Positions 59,831-64,000 of a DNA stretch of 64,000 nucleotides are shown here, piece by piece. The notes beneath the pieces were generated by a model. It saw only the letters and a list, made by a program, of their open reading frames with translations. It was not told where the DNA came from and made no database searches. The position numbers and the translations under genes are program-made. The stretch spans positions 5,394,001 to 5,458,000 of the forward strand of contig JAWMAR010000024.1 in assembly GCA_036785375.1 (NCBI GenBank). The letters are read 5' to 3'. Within the stretch, counting starts at the first letter, position 1; every line of letters starts with the position of its first letter. This DNA is from Leucoraja ocellata (Eukaryota).

Positions 59831-60446
59831 ACCACCATCATTTGTGTTATGGAGACTCAATAAAAATATATTTTTTATTCTTTACTCTTTCCATCACCCT
59901 CTTCCCTCTCTGCTACTTTAAACATTTTCAGCCATGATTGAATGGTGGAGTAGAATTGATGGGCCGAATGGCCTAATTCTGCTCCTATAACTTAAACTCA
60001 TTTGCTTTGTGAACTTCACTATTTCGAAAGAATGGTCATTGACCTGAAATTTTAACTCTGTTCCTCTCACCACAGATGCTGCCCGACCTGCTGAGTAATT
60101 GCATCATTTTCTGCTTTTATTTTCATGCAATTATCCCAGAGATTGACGTACCATTTTCTGAGAAGATGAATAATGAAACATAATTTTAAGCAATCAGTCG
60201 GTCGATGAGTAAATAGCTTGGATATTATTGAGCGGGGCCTCATTCCTTCCACATGGTCAATTGTGGGAATAACTTCTGGGGGAAGTAAGAAAATATGCCA
60301 AAAATATTGTGTATGATGATATATAAGACTATATAAGATTTGTCCATCCACCAAGGTTAATGCCTTGTTCAAATTCTAGTACCTTTTCCAAAATGTAAAT
60401 AGAACGCACTGATCTATAACATTTCTAGTTTATTCCCTGTAAATAC

Positions 60447-61268
60447 AGTACAATACAATACTGTTTATTGTCATTTGAACCTCAAATGAAGTTCAAACAA
60501 AATTTGGTTTCTGCAGTTATACAACAAAAAGAAACAATTAACAAGAAATACAATTAACACAATTTACACAAACATCCATCACAGTGAATCTCCTCCTCAC
60601 TGTGATGGAAGGCAAAGTCATTGTCTCTCCCCTGTTTTGCATTCTTCTCCCGATGTTAAAGCAATGGCAAGACCCGCGGCCGTTAAGGCCGCGCCGGGGG
60701 ATGTAAGACCCTGCTCCGGGTCTTGATGTTGGAGCCCTCGGTGGGCGATGGTAAGTCCCGCAGCCGTTAAAGCCGCGCCGGGCGATGTAAGGCACCGCTC
60801 CAGGTCATTTTCAACCCCGCAATTCAGGCGGGAGAAGTTGCCGTTGTGGGAGCTCCGAAAAACGGTCTCCCACCAGGGACCCGCGAGCTCCCGATGTTAC
60901 CGTCCACCGGGCCTGCGGCTGGAGCCTCCGAAGCTCCAAAGTCGGGTCGCAGCTGCGCGCCACCACAGCTCTCCACGCTCCAAAGTTGGCCAGCTCCACG
61001 ATGGTGAGTCCGCAGGCACCGAGACTGGAGCCCCCAGGTCGTTCCGGTTGGAGGCCGCTCCACAGTGCTAGGCCCCAACGACAACGGGGACCCGACAGGG
61101 AAAAGGTCGGGTCCCCCGTACAGGGAAGAGATTTAAAAGTTCTCCCCCGCCCACCACATATACACACCTAAAAACAATATATAAACTATAACCAAACTAT
61201 ACACTCAACAGAACTAAAATTAAAAAAAGACACACGGATTGCAGAGGCCGCTGCCGTGAGGTGCCGCC
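60447..61268 (-). mobile_element. GC-rich non-autonomous retroelement (family also at 46560-46915 and 56330-56835)
   Basis: Shared core ttgccttccatcacagtgaggagg...tcactgtg(a/g)tggatgtt; 3' end aaattt..ttt...aatgacaataaa plus a short tandem tail. Confidence 0.75.
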
Positions 61269-63394
61269 AGTTCCAAATGATTAACTAAACAATTGCTTTT
61301 ACTTACAATCTTCAGACGCAGGGACCTTTGGACAGATATATGGGTAGGAAGGGTTTAAAGAGCTATGGGCCAAATGCAGCAAATGGGACTAGTTCAGTAT
61401 GCCAACTTGGTCAGCATGCACAGGGTGGGCTGAAGGGCTTGTTTCCATGCAGTACAGCTTACAAATGGGCTATTCTAACAAAAAGGTTTCTTCCTACCAC
61501 TCAATGTATCCAACATTTAAAAAAAATGTTTCTTACAATAACATTAGTGTTATCAAATGGTGGTAATGATATAGAATATTACCACAAAACAACAATTGTA
61601 TTTATGCAACACTTTCCTTGCAGTAAATTGTCCTAAGATGCAACATATTCCATCTCAAAAAAAATGTGACTTGGCTGGAAGGTGATGCTAAGGCGGCTGG
61701 CCAAAAGCTTGATGAAAAGAGGTGGGTCTTAACAATGTTTTGATTGAAGAAACTAAAGAGGCTTTTATGATGATACCAAGACTGTACAGTGGAGAAAAAT
61801 GGCAGCTGAGCCAAAATTCCCTTTTGTGTTATTTATAGAACAATTCAAAGTGCTGCCATAACAACTTTGTTTGTGATAGACCTGCCATAACCAGTAGTTC
61901 ATCAATAAATGCTTGGTTGGTTCAATCGGCCCCTTGCAAAACGGAGTTGTACATTTCTTTACATTTAGACAGTGAACACAATATTAAAAATTATAAATTC
62001 TGATTTACCGGAAATGACAATATTGATATAAATTGAGAAGTTTCTAGATTTCAAAATTCAGCAATACTACATGTAGGCTATGCCTGTTTTATCATTTCAC
62101 TAGTATTAAATATTTTTAGTGAGTACAACTCTGCATAGCTTAATTGCCTTTGCATCTAGATGGATGTGAAAAATATGGTCTAACTCGGCTTCACGTGGCA
62201 TTAGGCTGATACCCACGAGTATAAACCCTATATGCATCGCTGTGAAGAAAATACACTTTAAAATAGACAAAGCAGTGTCCATTGCATCACTCGTCCATGT
62301 TTGCACGAAGCACGCCTTTGAATTGCTTCATAATTTCTGTCCAAAGAAAACAAGTTTACCAACACAACATACAATAATAAAAAATATTACAAGTCTTAAA
62401 AACTATTGGTTGACTCGATCAGGTTCGACCCCTCTGGCAGTGGTAGACAATCACGCCACATCACTCACACCCTAAAGCCTGAACAGGCCTGTAATTAGTT
62501 GGTGAATCCAATGAATACGCTTGATTTTCTGAACTTCCTCTAAGCATCACAAGTGGAGGAATGCTAGTCCCTGAACATTGATTTTTATCTTAAGCTCAAT
62601 AAAAGCATAGCCACGTCCTCATTGTTTGAATTCCAAGCATTTTCTGTTTACAAAAAAACAAAGACAGCTACTTGACAAGTGGATATCTTAAAGATCATTT
62701 GACTTCCAGCCTCAAGGCTTAAGCCAAAATATATTAGTTGACTTACATGGTGTGGCAGGAGCTCACACATTAGAAACCTATCAATTTCATCACCATGTCT
62801 CAATATCAGCTTACAGTGGTGACATAATACCCATAACATAACTATTCCTTATATGTAGCAAACCAAGGTCCAGTATTGCAGTTGGTCTGCTTATTTGTTC
62901 TAATTAGAGTTCAGTTCAAATGACAGAGTTCACTGCAGGAGCCCGTGGCTCACATGTGCCTTTACATACACTTTCAGTCGCCGACGTTCAAATGAAACAA
63001 GACTTCCAATTTCTACCTGTATGTGTGCAATGAAATACTTGAGATATGAGTCACTGACTCTTGGATCAGCTGCTGATAAGACCATAAGACATAAGAACAC
63101 AGAATCTGACCATTCGGCCCATCGAATCTGCCATCTGATCATGGCTGATCTATTTTTCCCTCTCAACCCCATTCTTCTCCCTTGTCCCTTGACCTTAACC
63201 TTTGACGCCCTTACTAATCAATCTCCACTTCTGATCCGTGGTACTCAACCTCAGCCACATTAGGACAGTATCCATTGCGTTATGCTTCCTGAAGAAAGGA
63301 GGAGAAAAAACAGACTGGAAACGTCTTGGCAGTTGCCCATGACCCCAAATAGCTTAAAAAATAAGTTACTATCAAAATCTGTATTCAGACTATA

Positions 63395-63753
63395 CAGTGA
63401 CCTCCATAATGTTTGGGACAAAGAACCATCATTTATTTATTTGCCTCTGTACTCCACAATTTGAGATCTGTAATAGAAAAAACCATATGTGGTTAAAGTG
63501 CACATTGTCAGATTTGAATACAGGCCATTATTATCCATTTTGGTTTCACCATGTAGAAATTACAACAGTGTTTATACATAGTCCCTCCCTTTTCAGGGCA
63601 CCATAATGCTTGGGACAGCAATGTCATGTCAATGAAAGTAGTCATGTTTAGTATTTTGTTGCATATCCTTTGCATGCAATGACTGCTTTAGGTCTGCGAT
63701 TCATGGACATCACCAGTTGCTTGGTGTCTTCTCTGGTGATGCTCTGCCAGGCC
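63395..63753. mobile_element. Tc1/mariner DNA transposon end with IR/DR structure
   Basis: TA|CAGTG terminus and an internal direct repeat ccataatg(t/c)ttgggaca at 63404-63420 and 63601-63617, followed by Tc1-like internal sequence. Confidence 0.8.
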
Positions 63754-63930
63754 TTCCGTGGTGCACGTGACAGGGTGCCATCCAGGTGCATGACCTTGCC
63801 ATGTTTGTAGGTTAGAACAATGTTACACTTCTGTAGCTGTAGCAACATACGTTGGAGACGTCCTGGAGAAGCGTGCATCGGTTTGTTCAGAATGCTGATT
63901 AGAGGTTGATGGTCAGTCTCAATCATGACC
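63754..63930 (-). mobile_element. Ty3/Gypsy pol RNase H C-terminal fragment
   Basis: IETDHQPLISILNKP...RLQRMLLQLQKCNIVLTYKHGKVMHLDGTLSRAP (TDHxPL...R..RW..L...Y.PG...ADALSR pattern). Confidence 0.85.
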
Positions 63931-64000
63931 CGGGTACTTTAGAGTGGGCTTTCAGATGCGACCTGCAAGTGTACAGTACATTCCTGCATTTTCTCCCTTT

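Overview
Vertebrate genomic DNA, most likely from a cartilaginous fish such as a skate or ray (inferred from the repeat families, not proven). It holds the PAX6-ELP4 locus. Left of a 200-N gap (29890-30089) is a minus-strand PAX6 gene with 5'UTR exon 3 and coding exons 4-13, including the alternative exon 5a. Exon sizes match the canonical vertebrate structure, except a 1-nt deletion in exon 6 and a 1-nt insertion in exon 7. Both lie in homopolymers and break the frame as assembled. Starting exactly at the right edge of the gap, 30090-40797 is an inverted, slightly diverged copy of 1-11000 carrying PAX6 exons 9-13 and the 3'UTR on the plus strand. That copy faces the last coding exon of ELP4 (58157-58288, minus) tail-to-tail, the normal vertebrate arrangement. 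The simplest reading is two overlapping haplotype contigs with the left one mis-oriented, not a true second gene. Non-coding content includes the intron-4 alpha/neuroretina enhancer, candidate intron-7 and downstream enhancers, and miR-7/miR-375 seed sites in the 3'UTR. Repeats include Penelope-derived elements with minimal hammerhead-ribozyme cores, CR1 and Rex1/Babar LINE fragments, a V-SINE, a Harbinger-like MITE, a Tc1 end and a Gypsy fragment. The most novel-looking signals are a degenerate tandem duplicate of exon 5a that could act as a poison acceptor, hammerhead cores inside PAX6 introns, an 18-bp perfect inverted repeat across intron 10, and an in-frame, stop-free intron 11.
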